Shown piece by piece: positions 1 to 13,752 of a DNA stretch of 64,000 bases. Where the stretch lies: contig OZ360228.1 in the NCBI GenBank assembly GCA_977017645.1, positions 54,436,001 through 54,500,000 of the forward strand, read 5' to 3'. Each line of letters starts with the position of its first letter. Position 1 is the stretch's first letter. A model generated the notes under the pieces. The model saw only the letters and a list, made by a program, of their open reading frames with translations. It made no database searches and was not told the DNA's origin. The position numbers and the translations under genes were made by a program. This DNA is from Torpedo marmorata (lineage: Eukaryota).

Positions 1-1830
1 TTTCAGCGTCTAATGTTACAACTAATGGTAAATCTTGTTTCTTTTTATGCAAACTAATTAAACTAATTAATCTAGCTATATTATCCTTTGAATATCTAAT
101 TTTAATAAAACCAGCTTGGTCTATATGTGTCAAATCTGGCAAATATTTAGCCATTCTGTTTGCTAAAATTTTTGCCATTATTTTATAATCTACGTTTAAT
201 AATGAAATAGGTCTATATGATTCAATTTTTTAATACATCTCTATCCTTCTTTGGTATAACTGTAATTATAGCATTTAAGAATGTTTTCGGTAATGAATGA
301 GTTTCTGTAATTTGATCTAGTACTTCCATATATGGAGGTATCAATAAATCTTTAAATTCTTTATAAAATTCTGATGAAAACCCATCATCACCCGGAGATT
401 TACCACTCTTCAGCGAAGAAAAAACTTCACTAACTTCCCTTATTGTGAAAGGCAAATCTAAAGAGTCTCTACTCCGAATATTCAATTTAGGTAATATGTT
501 TTTAGATAGGAATCTATTAATTTTAGAATCATCTTGGTCAATCTGCGATTTATATAAATTCTGATAATAATCTTTAAAAGATTCATTTATCTCTTGAGGT
601 TTATAAGTTATTTCTCCAGTATTTTTCTTCCTTATAGCATTTATAGTTTTAGAAACTTGTTCTTTTTTCAATTGCCATGCCAAAACCTTATGTGCTCTTT
701 CTCCTAATTCATAATATCTTTGTTTAGTTTTCTCAATTAATTTTTCCATTCTATATGTTTGTAACAAATTATAATGTAATTTCTTCCCTATTAAACGATT
801 TCTTTTTTGAATTGATCTATTCCTCTGTAAGTCCTTCTCCATAAGTTCAATTTCCTTCTCAGGTTTTTCTGATTCCTTAAGATAATCTTTCTTAATTTTA
901 ACTGAATAGCTTATTATTAGACTCCTTAAATAAGCTTTTAAAGCTTCCCACACTATAAATTTATCATTAATAGAATTAACATTTATTCGTAAAAATTCCT
1001 GAATTTCTCTTCTTATATATTCACAAAAATCTTTCCTTTTTAATAACGACGAATCAAATCTCCAATTATATATAGTTTTTCCTTTTTCCGGAATTATACA
1101 AGACAATAACAAAGGTGAATGATCAGAAATTACTCTCGCTTTATAGGATGCTTGCGTTATTCTATCTTGAACCTGTGATGATAATAAAAATAAGTCTATC
1201 CTAGAGTATGAATCATGTCTAAAAAAATAAAATGAATAATCTTTCTCCCTAGAGTTCAATCTCCTCCAAATGTCTATTAAATTTAAATCTTTCATCAAAT
1301 TAAGAACTTTTTAAACAATTTTAGCTCTAACAGGTGATCTTGAGGTTTTATCCATTATTGAATCTAAACAACAATTGAAATCTCCCCCAATTAAAATATT
1401 CTCATTAGCGTCTGACAAATGCAAAAAAGCATCTTGAATAAACTGCTCATCATCTGGATTTGACACATATAAATTCATAAGTGTCCAAGATTCTGAATAT
1501 ATTTGACAATGTATCAACACATATCTTCCTGCTACATCTGTAACTACCGATTGTATCTTAAAAGGTAATTTTTTATTAATTAATATAGCTACGCCTCTTG
1601 CTTTAGAATTAAATGAAGAAGCCACCACATGACCAACCCACTCTCTTTTTAATTTTTGATGTTCCAGGTCTATCAAATGAGTCTCTTGTAAGAAAGCTAT
1701 ATCTACCCTCAACTTTTTAATATATGCTAAAGTTCTTTTTCTCTTAATTGGATTATTAAGCCCATTTATATTAATACTTACTAAATTTATATTCTTACTA
1801 TCCATCATAATCAAATTGTAACAAATCTCT
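1..1830 (-). mobile_element. L1-clade LINE ORF2 (APE endonuclease + start of RT), frameshifted, runs off the left edge
   Basis: ORF 1311-1835 has APE motifs (SININGLNNPIKRKR, FLQETHL, IGGDFN). ORF 222-1298 continues (YSRIDLFL, ISDHSPL, KSPGDDGF). 1-220 read by eye on minus gives YRPISLLNVDYKIMAKILANR...LDAE (RT). Frameshifts near 1305 and 222. Confidence 0.93.
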
Positions 1831-3519
1831 TTCAATCAAATCTACTAGCTTTCCCCTCCTAAATTGTAAACTAAACCAGCTGTTACTTTTAACGTTGTTC
1901 TTAAAATACATTGGACAATAGTGCACATTTTTTTTTACAAAAATCGACAGTTCTTTCATTTGTCTACCAAGAATACATCTTAGTAAATTTCAATTAAAAG
2001 TTACTGATAATTATTAATGTCTGCAAGCTTTTAATATTTTCATCAACATGAAATTTGAGCCAGGATGCATTAATCACATATACCAGTACTTGTATCCTAT
2101 GCTACAGCTCACCACCACTTCCTGCCTTTGGTAAATAAAAAAGATGGATATTTTTTACTGAATTTGTCAATAGCAAATGTTGACCAAAATAAAGTCACCA
2201 CAAAGTAGATTAATTAAAATAGTCACTTCATTTCTAATAATGAATGCCTCAATAATAAGTGCCTCAATCAAATGTGATTATTCAAAACTAAAATTGGATT
2301 CTATTTATTGACACCAGATCATTAATTTGAACAATTATCGATTATGCAGGTTGTTAGCTAAACTGAACCCTGTCCTTGGCCTGATGGTCAGATGATACAT
2401 GTTCAATTGGTGCAAACAAGTTATGGTTGCATTTTATGTTGCTGTCATTGATACCAATTCTGGAAAAAAAGGTTAAAATACTTCTGGAAATAACAGAGAA
2501 ATTACCATCACCATTTGGATTTAATTTAGAAAAGAACTGGAACAATAATGATGTATTTATCAGAATAGTGAAAGATAAATGTCAGTGGTGTTTCATATAC
2601 AATGTGCATAAAATTCACAAACCTCAGGAGAGATTAGAGATTCAAAGAATATTTTATTTCTGCAAACATTCATGATATCTGATATAGACAGCTGAAAAGT
2701 GGCTACATGGTATAAACCAGAAATATGACACGGAAACAAACAATTTAGCTAATCCATTCAGCATCTGGTTTATCTCCTTAATAAAAGTCCAAGTTTCCAA
2801 GTACTTGCCATGTTCCCCTTTCTTGTGAACATTGCAGAACAGTAGGAGGCTATCTGGCTTATTGAGCAGTCCTGTTAGTCTCCCTCCCTCCACTCTTTCC
2901 TCAAGTCTTTATCCTTGCCTCTTTTGTAAAGTGGTGTTGAATCTCTTTCCACCACCACATCACACAGTGCAAATCAAACCCTCATCACTTGTAGCATTAA
3001 AAAGATGTTCCCTTCATCACTTCTGCATCTTCTAACTATGATTTTAAAATTGTCTTATTTGATGACTCTTCAGCCACTGAAGAGTCATCAAGGAACAGCT
3101 GATTTTAATTTCCCTAATTCAAGGCTTCAAAAACACGTCAGCTCAAAAGAACTACCTTAGATTTTCCAGTTGATGGACTTGCCTTTACCTGGAACTGTTC
3201 CTATAAATATCTGCTGCATCCTTCAAGAGCATTTGTGGCTTTGACACAATTCTCCAGTTGAGACTAAAACTAGTATTTTACTTAGGTTTAACCTGGCTTT
3301 TAATACTCGTATGTCTAATGAATAACAATCAAGATCCCATATGCTCAACTAACTACTTTGTTGGACCTGTGACCTTTAAAAACTTGTGCTTGAAAATTCC
3401 CTTTAAAATTGTATTGTACTTTCGTCCTCTACATATCATCTTTTCCTTTACTACAATAAATTTCTTTAGACATCTGCCCATTGCACCAGCTTAGCTCCAT
3501 ATTCCTGAACTTAATTATG

Positions 3520-4535
3520 AATAATAATAGATGGAAAATGCTGGAAAGCAAGTTAGAGGCAATATCTGCCAAAAGAAAAACAGTTAACAATGCAGGATGA
3601 AGATTCTTAAACAGAACTGAGAAAAAGAGAAAGTGAGTTGGTCTAAGTAGCAGAGAAAGTATGGGAGAGCAATATGTGGAAGAAAGGGAATGTCTGTATC
3701 AGATAAAATGACAACAGCCACTGAATGGCCAGTTAAATTCCTTTGTCCTTATAATGTGTTGCACTTGTGGTGAAGTCTGGGTGATGTTGTATGATCAGAA
3801 CGTACAAAAAGAGAAAAATAAAAGGGAAAGAGGAATGGCAAGCACTCTGATCCAAACAAACAAAAAAAGAACTACCAGTAGTTATACAAGGTTGGAGAAT
3901 TCAAATGTAATGAATCCTGCAGACTTGACGTGCCTGGACAAAAATTGAGATGTTGTTCCTCAAGCTTAGAATGAGCCAACAATGCAGGACAAAACAGAAA
4001 AAGATCAGGGAGGGAGTGGGATGGTGTTAAAATGATGGGCAACCAGAAGTTCAGCTTTTGGATTTTCTTTTATCACAATCCTTGGTTTCAGCTTTTAGTC
4101 TAAACATTGCAAATGCATTGGTGTGGCTTCCTGCACCTGTGCAGAACTCATCAATTTCACCTTCGCTGCCAACTTTCACCCCACTCTCAAATTCACTTGG
4201 ACCATTCTGATATTTCTCTCCCTTTTCTAGATCTTTCCATCTCCATTATAGGAGACAAACTATCCACTGACATTTCCTATAAACTTACCAGCTCCTAGTC
4301 AGCTTCTACCTATCACCCAACCACCCTTTCTTCTCTCAACCTAGCTCCATCTGCCCATCATCTTTCCTCAGTCCATCTGTTACCGACTGACCTCTGTTCC
4401 ACCCCTTCTTATTACCGGTTATCTTTCCTCTCCACATTCAGTTCCAATGCAGGGTTTGAACCCAAATATTGACAATTATTTTCCCTCCATAAATGCTGCT
4501 CGACCTGCTGAGTTCCTCCAGCAGTTTCTCTCCTC
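3520..4535. mobile_element. Internally deleted Penelope-like element with inverted termini
   Basis: 4130-4298 (+) encodes ..SDISLPFLDLSISIIGDKLSTDISYK (Penelope RT thumb-like). About 3880-4060 (-) resembles the GIY-YIG 3' region seen at 61.6-61.8 kb. The ends (atgctggaaa... / ...cctgctgagttcctccagca) are the shared terminal repeat in opposite orientations. Confidence 0.75.
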
Positions 4536-7394
4536 CCAAGTCTATGCCATGGATGTATTTCAAAAGCAGTAGTAGTCCAAATTTGGAGAAATTGACTTCA
4601 GCCATCCCTTCAGCATTAAAAAAAAGAATTCACAAACTCATTCAAAAGTGCTTACATATATTTTAGCTGTGAATGAAGAATGTAATCATATTTAATGATC
4701 AAGACAGGCATGAGCTTAGGCATTATAAGGATTTGCTGCTCAATTCTTAAAATGTTTTTCACACCTTTAAAGTTATTTAAAACTAATTTCAGATGGTCAC
4801 TAAACTAACTTTGCACTGTTTGAATATTTAATTTACTTGAATATGTACTGTATGCACAAATGTTGAACAGCAATATCATCTCAATCGTGTTTTTAATTAC
4901 GTAAATGCTGACTGCTGTGAAAATGTAATGAATGCCTAATTTAATCCAGAAGACTCAACAAGAAAAGAATTGTAAATTGCTTGAAAATATGATTGCATCT
5001 TCATCAGATGAGAAATAAGCAAGACAACAGCCATCTTAAGACTCGCGGTCCTGAAGCAAAATGGCACGTTTTAAATAAAACTCTCTCTTTAAAATCAATT
5101 CAGTCGTCTTCTTATCAGTCAATTTGGTAAATTGCTTGCAACTTGGTGCTCTGCACACTTCATTTTACTGAATAAATACTGGTTTAAATATTACTGGTTC
5201 ATTTTGAATACTGGATATAGGACATTGTACTGACAAAGCAAGCAGATATCATCATTGTATATTTTTAAAATGATTTAGAGTATTGTTTTGAGAGGGAACA
5301 TTGTTTATTTTTGCTGTAATTCAATTGAAACAAATGCACTGTATTACAATTTAAACACTGCTTCAATCCAACTTTTATGCCATTTCAACTGTTTTCCACT
5401 CCATTTACTGTGTTTAATTTTTTCAAAAAATATGTAAAGGGGTCCACACCAACTCAATAGACAAACTCAAAAGACTATTGCTCTCTCTCAATTTTATTTG
5501 CTGTTTGAAGTGTCTCATATTAGCTTATGTGTTCACCTGCGCCTCAAAAGTTGCAAAGGACTCCAAGAGAATGTGAAGGCACTTTTTTTCCTGCAGTTCT
5601 AGTTATTTTCCATTTTTGAGATGGGTTGACTTATTGCAACATGGCAGAAAGTAGCCAACATAATTCCATCTATATCCCAAAATTAACACAATATATTTGT
5701 CTAAGAAAGGATCATCAATGAAATACATCAACTTATAATTTCATAGACACCAAGGGAGGTGAACTAAACATGCAATATGGCATTTACAAGAGTCTGTCAC
5801 TCCAAAATTCTATTGCTCAAATGGCTCAAATCCAGTCTAAAATTTTTCTTTTGCAATGCATTCACTAATCTGATATTTCCATCTGTTGCACTTGATCCGA
5901 TGGAGTCTTCAATGAATTTCTATTCAAATCCAAATATTTTTTCGCTGAGAATTGTTTTGATGTTGTCTAATTATTTTCATTAAGGAAATGTGACCATTAC
6001 ATTGTGATAACCTATGAGATAAGAGAGGGGAAGAATATCGTGCTTAGAAATGGAAGATTTTTCCATTATAAATACCCTGCAGGAAGAAGCGGAGGGCACT
6101 GAGGTATTCCTGATGGAGAATGGATGTGAAAAGGGATTGTACTCCCTGGTGAAGATAATCTGGTGGACGCTGAAGAGAATTCCAATGAACCAATTTGCAA
6201 TAAACTTCCTTCAACATTTACATTTATGGCAGAAAAGTAATCACATACATCAATGTTGAAAACCACCTTTGCATTTCACTTGAAGAGATACAAAATTATG
6301 TGCCCCTGATGTGAAAGAACAAAATTTGCCAACTATCCCTTGTACAATAATAAGAAAAGTGTTTCCCGAGGTAGTTGTTTTATACACACCATTTATTGCC
6401 TCTTGCTTTGAAACTAGTTTATTTTACAGAAAATTGCAATAATTGTTTCAAAAAAATATGGAGGGATTTCTTCTCAATTCAGGCACATATGTAAAGACAT
6501 TTGTTTTAGAAACTTCAGAGTTTAGGCAAAAATTTCCCAAGTTGAGCAGAATGACACCTCTCCAGCATATATGGGTAAATGTTCCCCACGAGCCTCTCCC
6601 TCCATTTTGCGCTCCATGTTGTGCTGCTGTCTCCAGTTTTTATAGATTCACACCAAAAATGTGTACTTTTCAAGACTCAGTGGAAACAAAAAAATTGCAT
6701 TCAGGGAATATCCTCAACTCCACCTTAGCTATGGGGGATAACTACCAATATTTATTCAAACATGATAAAAGCAACCACCCATGAGAATATTAAAACTTTA
6801 CTTCTGATTAATTTGAAACAGGATCAGAGAGTATTTGAGATAATTGCTGCAAATTGCTTGTTAACATTTTTGATTTCAACATTATATTTAATGGTAATTT
6901 TCTTGTCATGACAGGGAAGATACACTGGGTCAATATTCACCACCTCTGCAACAAATCTATGATTGGCAGAAAAGGGTCAGAACTAAAATCTTAAAGTATG
7001 AACATAATTTCCACTACTATTTGTTTTATTTGTCATGCCAACCCTCCAATTGCTTGCCACGTCACCACCACTGCCTTAAACCCCTCCTTGTGATTGTTGC
7101 TGCAACTTCTCTTTTGCATGCAACTGTTTTCAATTACTGCAGCCCAACCAAATATGTTCGCAGAAGCAACTCACCAGGTAGCCTGCTAAACAGATTAACC
7201 TGCCAGGCATGAAATAGGATTGTAAAAATCACAATACAAGTCCCTTACATCAAATTCTCCACCAGCACTTTCATATTCGAATAAAACTACATCCATGCAC
7301 AGATCAGATTACTATGGCCTGGTAATAGTGTGCACAATAAACAAACATCAATTCTTGCTGAAAACAATCTGAAGATGTGTACTGGAGACACAAA

Positions 7395-7475
7395 GTGGAC
7401 TTCTGATGCTGGAATCTGAAGCAAAACACAATCTGCTGGAGGAACTTAGGTGGTCAAGCAGAATCAGTGGGAATA
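7395..7475. mobile_element. Left arm of a Penelope-derived foldback element split by a CR1 insertion
   Basis: gatgctggaatctgaagcaaaacacaatctgctggaggaact... stops at the CR1 tail. The element resumes at about 10116-10268 with the inverted arm (ctgctgagttcctccaacagattgtgttt). Confidence 0.7.
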
Positions 7476-10115
7476 CCATAGAACACTACAGCACAGAAAC
7501 AGGCCCCTTCGGCCCTTCTAGTCTGTGACAAACCATTTTTCTGCCTAGTCCCACTGACCTGAACCAGTCCATAGCTCTCCATACCTCTCCAATTCACGTA
7601 CCTGTCCAGATTCCTCTTAAATGTTAAAATTGAGCCTGCATTCACCACCTCAGCTGGCAGCTCATTCCACACTCCCACCACTCTCTGTGAAGAAGTTCCC
7701 CCTAAACTTTTCCCCTTTCACTCTTAACCCATGTCCTCTGGTTTGTATCTCACCTACCCTCAGTGGAAAAAGCCTATCTACATTTACTCTGTCTATCCCC
7801 CCTCATAATTTTAAATACCTCTATCAAATTTCCCCTCATTCTTCTACACTCCAGGGAATAAAGTCCTAATCTCTTTAACCTTTCCCTGTAACTCATTTCC
7901 TGAAGTCCGGGCAACATCCTAGTCAATCTTCTCTGCACTCTTTCTATCTTATTGATATCTTTCCTGTAGTTAAGTGATCAAAACTGCACACAATACTCCA
8001 AACTTGGCCTCACCAACGGCTTATACAACTTTACCATAACATCCCAACTCCTATACTCAATACTTTGATTTATGAAGGCCAATATGCCAAAAGCTCTCTT
8101 TACAACCCTATCCACCTGTGACGCCACTTTCAGGGAATTATGTATCTGTATTCCCAGGTCCCTCTGTTCTACCATACACCTCAGTGCCCTACCATTCACC
8201 GTGTATGTCCTTTCTTGGTTTGTCCTTCCAAAATGTCACACCTCACACTTGTCTGCATTAAATTCCATCTGCCATTTTTCAGCCCATTTTTCCAGCTGGT
8301 CCAGATCCCTCTGCAAAGCTTTGAAAATCTTCTTCGCTGTCCACAACGCCTGCAATCTTAGTGTCATCTGTAAACCTGCTGATCCAATTTACCACATTAT
8401 CATCCAGATCATTGATATAGATGACAAACAACAATGGTCCCAGCACCGATCCCTGAGGCTCACCACTAGTCACAGGCCTCCAGTCTGAGAAGCAATCATC
8501 CACCACTACTCTCTGGCTTCTCCCATCCAGCCATTGTCGAATCCAGTTCACTACTTCACCATGAATACCTAGCGTCTGAACCTTCCTGACTAACCTCCCA
8601 TGTGGGACCTTGTCAAAGGCCTTACTAAAGTCCATGTAGACAACATCCACAGCCTTTCCTTCGTCAACTTTTCTGGTAACCTCCTCAAAAAACTCTACAA
8701 GATTGGTTAAACATGACCTACCACACACAAAGCCATGTTGACTATGCCTAATCAGTTTCTGGCTATCCAAATAATTGTATATCCGATCTCTTAGAACACC
8801 TTCCAATATTTTACCTACTACTGACATCAGGCTCACCGGCCTATAATTTCCAGGGTTACTTTTGGAGCCTTTTTTAAACAACGGAACAGCGTGAGCTACT
8901 CTCCAACACTCCGGCACCACACCCGTTGCTAGGGACATTTTAAATATTTCTGCCAGAGCCCCTGCAATTTCTAAACTAGCCTCCCTCAAGGTCCGAGGGA
9001 ATATTTTGTCAGGCCCTGGGGATTTATCCACCGTTATTTGCTTTAAGACAGCAAGCACTTCCTCCTCTTTAATCTGTATAGGTTCCATGACCTCACTGCT
9101 TGTTTTCCTTACTTCCCACGACTCTGTGCTGGTTTCCTGAATGAATACTGATGAAAAAAAACATTTAAGATCTACCCCATCTCTTTTGGCTCCATACAAA
9201 GCGGACCACTCTGATCTTCAAGGGAACCAATTTTGTCCTTTACTATCCTTTTGCTCTGAATATACCTGTAGAAACCCTTAGGATTTTCCTTCACATTGTC
9301 TGCCAAAGCAAACTCGTGTCTTTTTTTTGCCTTCCTGATTTCTTTCTTGAGGTTTTTCCTGCATTTTATATACGCCTCAAGTACCTCATTTGCTCCATGT
9401 TGCCTATACCTGCTATACACCTCTCTCTTCTTCCAAACCAGATCCCCAATATCCCTCGAAAACCTAGGATCCCTATGCCTGCGAACCTTGCCTTTAATCC
9501 TGACAGGAACATACAAACACTGTTCTCTCAAAAGTTCACCTTTGAAGGTCCTCCACTTACCTCGCATATCCTTGCCAGAAAAATACCTTGTCCCAATCCA
9601 TTCATTCTAGATCCTTTTTCATTTCCTCAAAATTAGCCTTTCTTCAATTTAGCATCTCAACCTAAGACCCAGACCTATCCTTCTCCATAATTAACGTGAA
9701 ACTAATGGCATTATGATCACTGGACCCAAAATGTTCCCCTACTTCTGTCATCCGTCCTGTCTCATTCCCTAAAAGGAGCTCCAGTATTGCATTCTCTTTA
9801 GTTGGTACCTCTATATATTGATTTAAAAAACTTTCCTGAACACATTTGACAAATACCAAGCCATCCAGCCCTTTTACAGTATGGGAATCCCAGTCAATAT
9901 GTGGAAAATTAAAATCCCCTACTATCACAACCTTACGTTTCCTGCAGCTGTCTGCTATCTCTCTACAGATTTGCTCCTCCAATTCTCATTGACTATTGGG
10001 TGGTCTATAATACAACCCCATGAGTGTGGTCATACATTTCCTGTTCCTCAGCTCCACCCATATAGCCTCAGTAGATGAGCCCTCTGGTCTGTCCTGCCTG
10101 AGCACAGCTGTGATA
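7476..10115 (-). mobile_element. CR1 LINE, 5'-truncated ORF2 (APE + RT) with 3' UTR
   Basis: Fragments VVIVGDFNFPHIDW, SSDHNAISF, PGNYRPVSL, YMDFSKAFDKVPH, PQGSVLGPLLFVIYINDL, F(T)DDTK, LEYCVQF across several frames. CR1-type 3' end (tgtagtgttctatggt) at about 7476. Confidence 0.95.
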
Positions 10116-10268
10116 TGTTTTTTTAAATGGTTGACGTTTTCAGCCATTGAGACTTCAATATAGGCTTTTGGCTTGAAATGGTGACCATTCTTTTTCACCC
10201 ACTGATGCTGCTTGATCTGCTGAGTTCCTCCAACAGATTGTGTTTAGCTGAAGATAGTACATCTGAAT
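10116..10268. mobile_element. Centre and right arm of the foldback element interrupted by CR1
   Basis: Internal inverted pair aatggttgac.../...ggtgaccatt, followed by the reverse complement of the 7395-7475 arm. Confidence 0.65.
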
Positions 10269-12799
10269 TTGGCTTTGCTGTTGAGTGGGAATCATCCATC
10301 TGCAGGGAAAAGCAAGGATGGAAAATAAGCCAACCTCAAACTTTCTATATTGTGGAAAATTAGCCACTTGTACTGTTGATTAATGGCATCAGAATTCTGA
10401 TTTAATATCTTATGCAACATTAAATGCTATAGCCTAGAAATCATATTGCATAGCAGCTTCTTTTTAGTTGTCATTCAAAATTCAATTTTGTCTGTAGTAG
10501 ATCACATCAGCAATCATTTCCAAGAGGTATTGTGCCAACTGTGAAACTGGACCATAAATGTTCGCCTGCGATCCATATTAGCACAGCTGACTTTTTCCTG
10601 ATGCCAATCGTGCAGCATATGACGTGTAGGTGACACAAAACATATTGGCACTAGTACTGACATATACGAGAGCTGAAAGTCCCACATTATAATTATCAAA
10701 GGACAATCTTAGTAGAACTACAGGAGGATATTGCTGGTTTGCTGTTTTTTTTAATATTGACATAAAGCACCTGACCAAGAAGCTTCAGAACTGATTTTAC
10801 ACAGCCTTATATCTTCCAAAGCTCACAGAGCATATTCAAATTACCAGGGATTTTTTTCCTCCAGCTTTTAATTGCTGAGATGCTCATTCAATGGGTGCCA
10901 CAGTTATGACTGCATTGACAGTACTCCATTCCAAGAGTCAGGATAAATCGTAGACCTTCAACAGGAGCAAATATCTATCTGTCAGCAATGAATTTACTCT
11001 CAGAGAGTCTTCAGAAACACATCTTGGCCAGACCTCTCTGCTGAACACTGAATTTGTAAGGTCAAAGGTGTGTGGCATTCAGTGGCAAGACCTACGCTCT
11101 TGTGCCTGGACTGATTTCTCTGTGGAGGCTGAGGTCACACTGACCCTCAATAGTCGTTATGCAATCATATTAAGTTTCCACAATAGATCTCAGGCATGTC
11201 TCCAAATTCGCTGCTCACCCGTGCAAAAAGGGCACCCAGGCAAGGTATTTGCAAAGAGATGGCATCATCTACTTTAATTGCAATGCAGAACAGACAGCAT
11301 TTCAGGCACTGGGATTTGGCACCATTGCTGGCTCCTCAAGTCCAGCCAGCCACTGAATGCATCCGGTAAGAGCTCCTGTATAGAATATGGGCATTCTCAT
11401 AACAATATGAAGCTTGAGAAAACACTGAGAAAAATTTCCTCATGGTGAAAGTTGTGCTGCTAGAAAGCACATATTTCACACTGGATTTTAGCCAATTCCT
11501 TGATTGCTTATGGGAGGAGGTTTTGATTTGGGGCTATAGTGCTAAAAACAAAGACGTTTTACAACACCAAAGCGAAGAGCAATGTAATCACTGTGTACAG
11601 GACTCAGTGAACAACTTTTAATTGTAGTTTGGTATGGGGGGTGGGAGGGGTAAATCTGCAGTTCAAAAAGACAAATTCCAAACTTTTTTTGTTCTAATTC
11701 ACAGTTCTAGAATGAAATGTACACCTTATAAATGACAGGTCACAATCACAATAATGCAAATTCACACATTAAAGATGCAGATATTAAATGCCACAAGTCC
11801 ATCAGATTTTAATAAATATAAGTGAACTCATGTGAACTTATTTTCTGACAATACTACATTATTAGGATGTGTGCTTTCAACAGTGTAAATCTGGGAAAAA
11901 AAATAAACAGATATTGTTAAACAAATGCATCCCCCCAGTTGGATTATCTTCTTGTACTCTCGATACTGATGGAGTTCAAACCATCTTCCCGAATTAAATT
12001 CAATACTGTAATATGTAAAATATTTGGAAAACCACAATAAAATGGGAATGCATGCCGATTATAGTTGCACAAATTTTCTATTGAAATGTCAGCTGTTCTG
12101 TAACAGTGTGGAGTTCTGGAAGTGCTATGCATACGTGGTAATTCTAAGCTTGCATTGGCCAGATTGCTAGGAATATCGCAATTGCGCTCTAATAATGACT
12201 TCCTTCATCAAGTCTGTTAGCACAGTGTGAACTTCCCAGGTTTCCCCACAGTTAAGCTGAGAAACCTGCTTACTGGTGCTGCACTAGATTAGAACTTGCA
12301 AAGGAAAAGAGAGCCTATTCACAACAGAGAAACATATGTTTGCATAACAGAATATATTTTAAAAAATTAATTAGCTTTAACTTTCTAAGTTTGTTCTTCA
12401 TAGCTTATTTTTAACAAATTTTAAAACTTGGATACTAACTCCTCAAACCATTTTTGAATGATTACATTTTAGATTATTTGAATCTTGGTGTGGGGTTTAA
12501 TCATGTGATGGGGTTTCCATGTCTATTTTATTAATGACCCTGCTAGGGCCTGCCTTTCAGCTCAGAACTATCATAGCTCAATAAATTTTACAAATGCAGC
12601 CCATGTGGCTCTGAGTGGATTCAGTGGGTGGCCAGCAAAAAGATTTGGGACAATATGAACAATTCTGAAGTTAGATATGTTAAAGAAAAATTAAGGCAAA
12701 TACAAAAATACCGGATACCGGTAACGTTAACTTTAATTGCATGAAACAGTGACTGCTTTATTGATTCAAAATAGATGGAACTGAAATTCACAGCACAAC

Positions 12800-13752
12800 T
12801 GGAAAGGTGAGGACTGATTCGGGATAGTCACAATGGCTTTGTGTGTGGGAAGCTATGTCTCACAAATTTGATTGAGTTCTTTGAAGAAATTACCAAGAGG
12901 CTTGATGAGGGCAGATTGGTCAACATTAACTTTGTGGACTTTAATAAGGCCTCTGACTAGGTCTCGCATGGCAGGCTGGTCGAGAAGGTTAGATTACACA
13001 ATCCAATTTGATACAAAATTGGCTTGGTGGTAGAAGTCAGAGGGTGGTAGTGGAGGGTTGTTACTCAGATTGGAGGCCGGTGACCAGTGGTGTGCTACAG
13101 GTATCGATGCGGAGTCCACTATTATTGTCATCTATATTAATGATTTGGATGACAGTGCAATTATCATAATTAGTAAGTTAGCAGTTTATATCAACATTAA
13201 GTGAACAGTGATAAAACATGTCTAAGAATACAACCAGATCAAGATGAATTGGGAAAGTGGACTATGGAATGGCAGATGGAATTTAATTCAGGTAAGTGGA
13301 GAGCATCGCATTTTGGTAGGTTAAATCAGGACAAGACTTTCACGTAAATGCCAGGGACCTGGAGAGATGTTATAAGACAGAGAGACCAAGGGGATACAAG
13401 TACATAGTTCCCTGAAAGTAGCAACACAGATAGACAAGGTAGTGAAAGAGGTGTTTGGTATGTTTGTCTTTATCATTGGGACATCATGTTACATTTGGAC
13501 AAGACATTGGTAAGAGCATAATTGGAAGATGTTCAGTGCTGATTACCTTGCTTTGGGAAGGATATCATGAAACTGGAAAAAGTGCAAAAGATTCATGAGG
13601 ATGTTACCACAGTTGCATGGGGGTTGGGGGGGGGGGGGTGAGGAATATGGGCTGAATGCAGGAAAATGGGGCTAGCCCAGGTAGGCAACCTGGTCAGCAT
13701 GAACATGAGTTGGGGAGAAGGGAATGTTTCTGTGCTGTATAACTACATGACC
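12800..13752 (+). mobile_element. Degenerate CR1 RT/3' fragment
   Basis: DNA resembles the CR1 copies in this window (tgtctcacaaatttgattgagttctttgaaga; gattggaggccggtgaccagtggtgtg; tgtttctgtgctgtataac tail). No long ORF. Confidence 0.8.
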
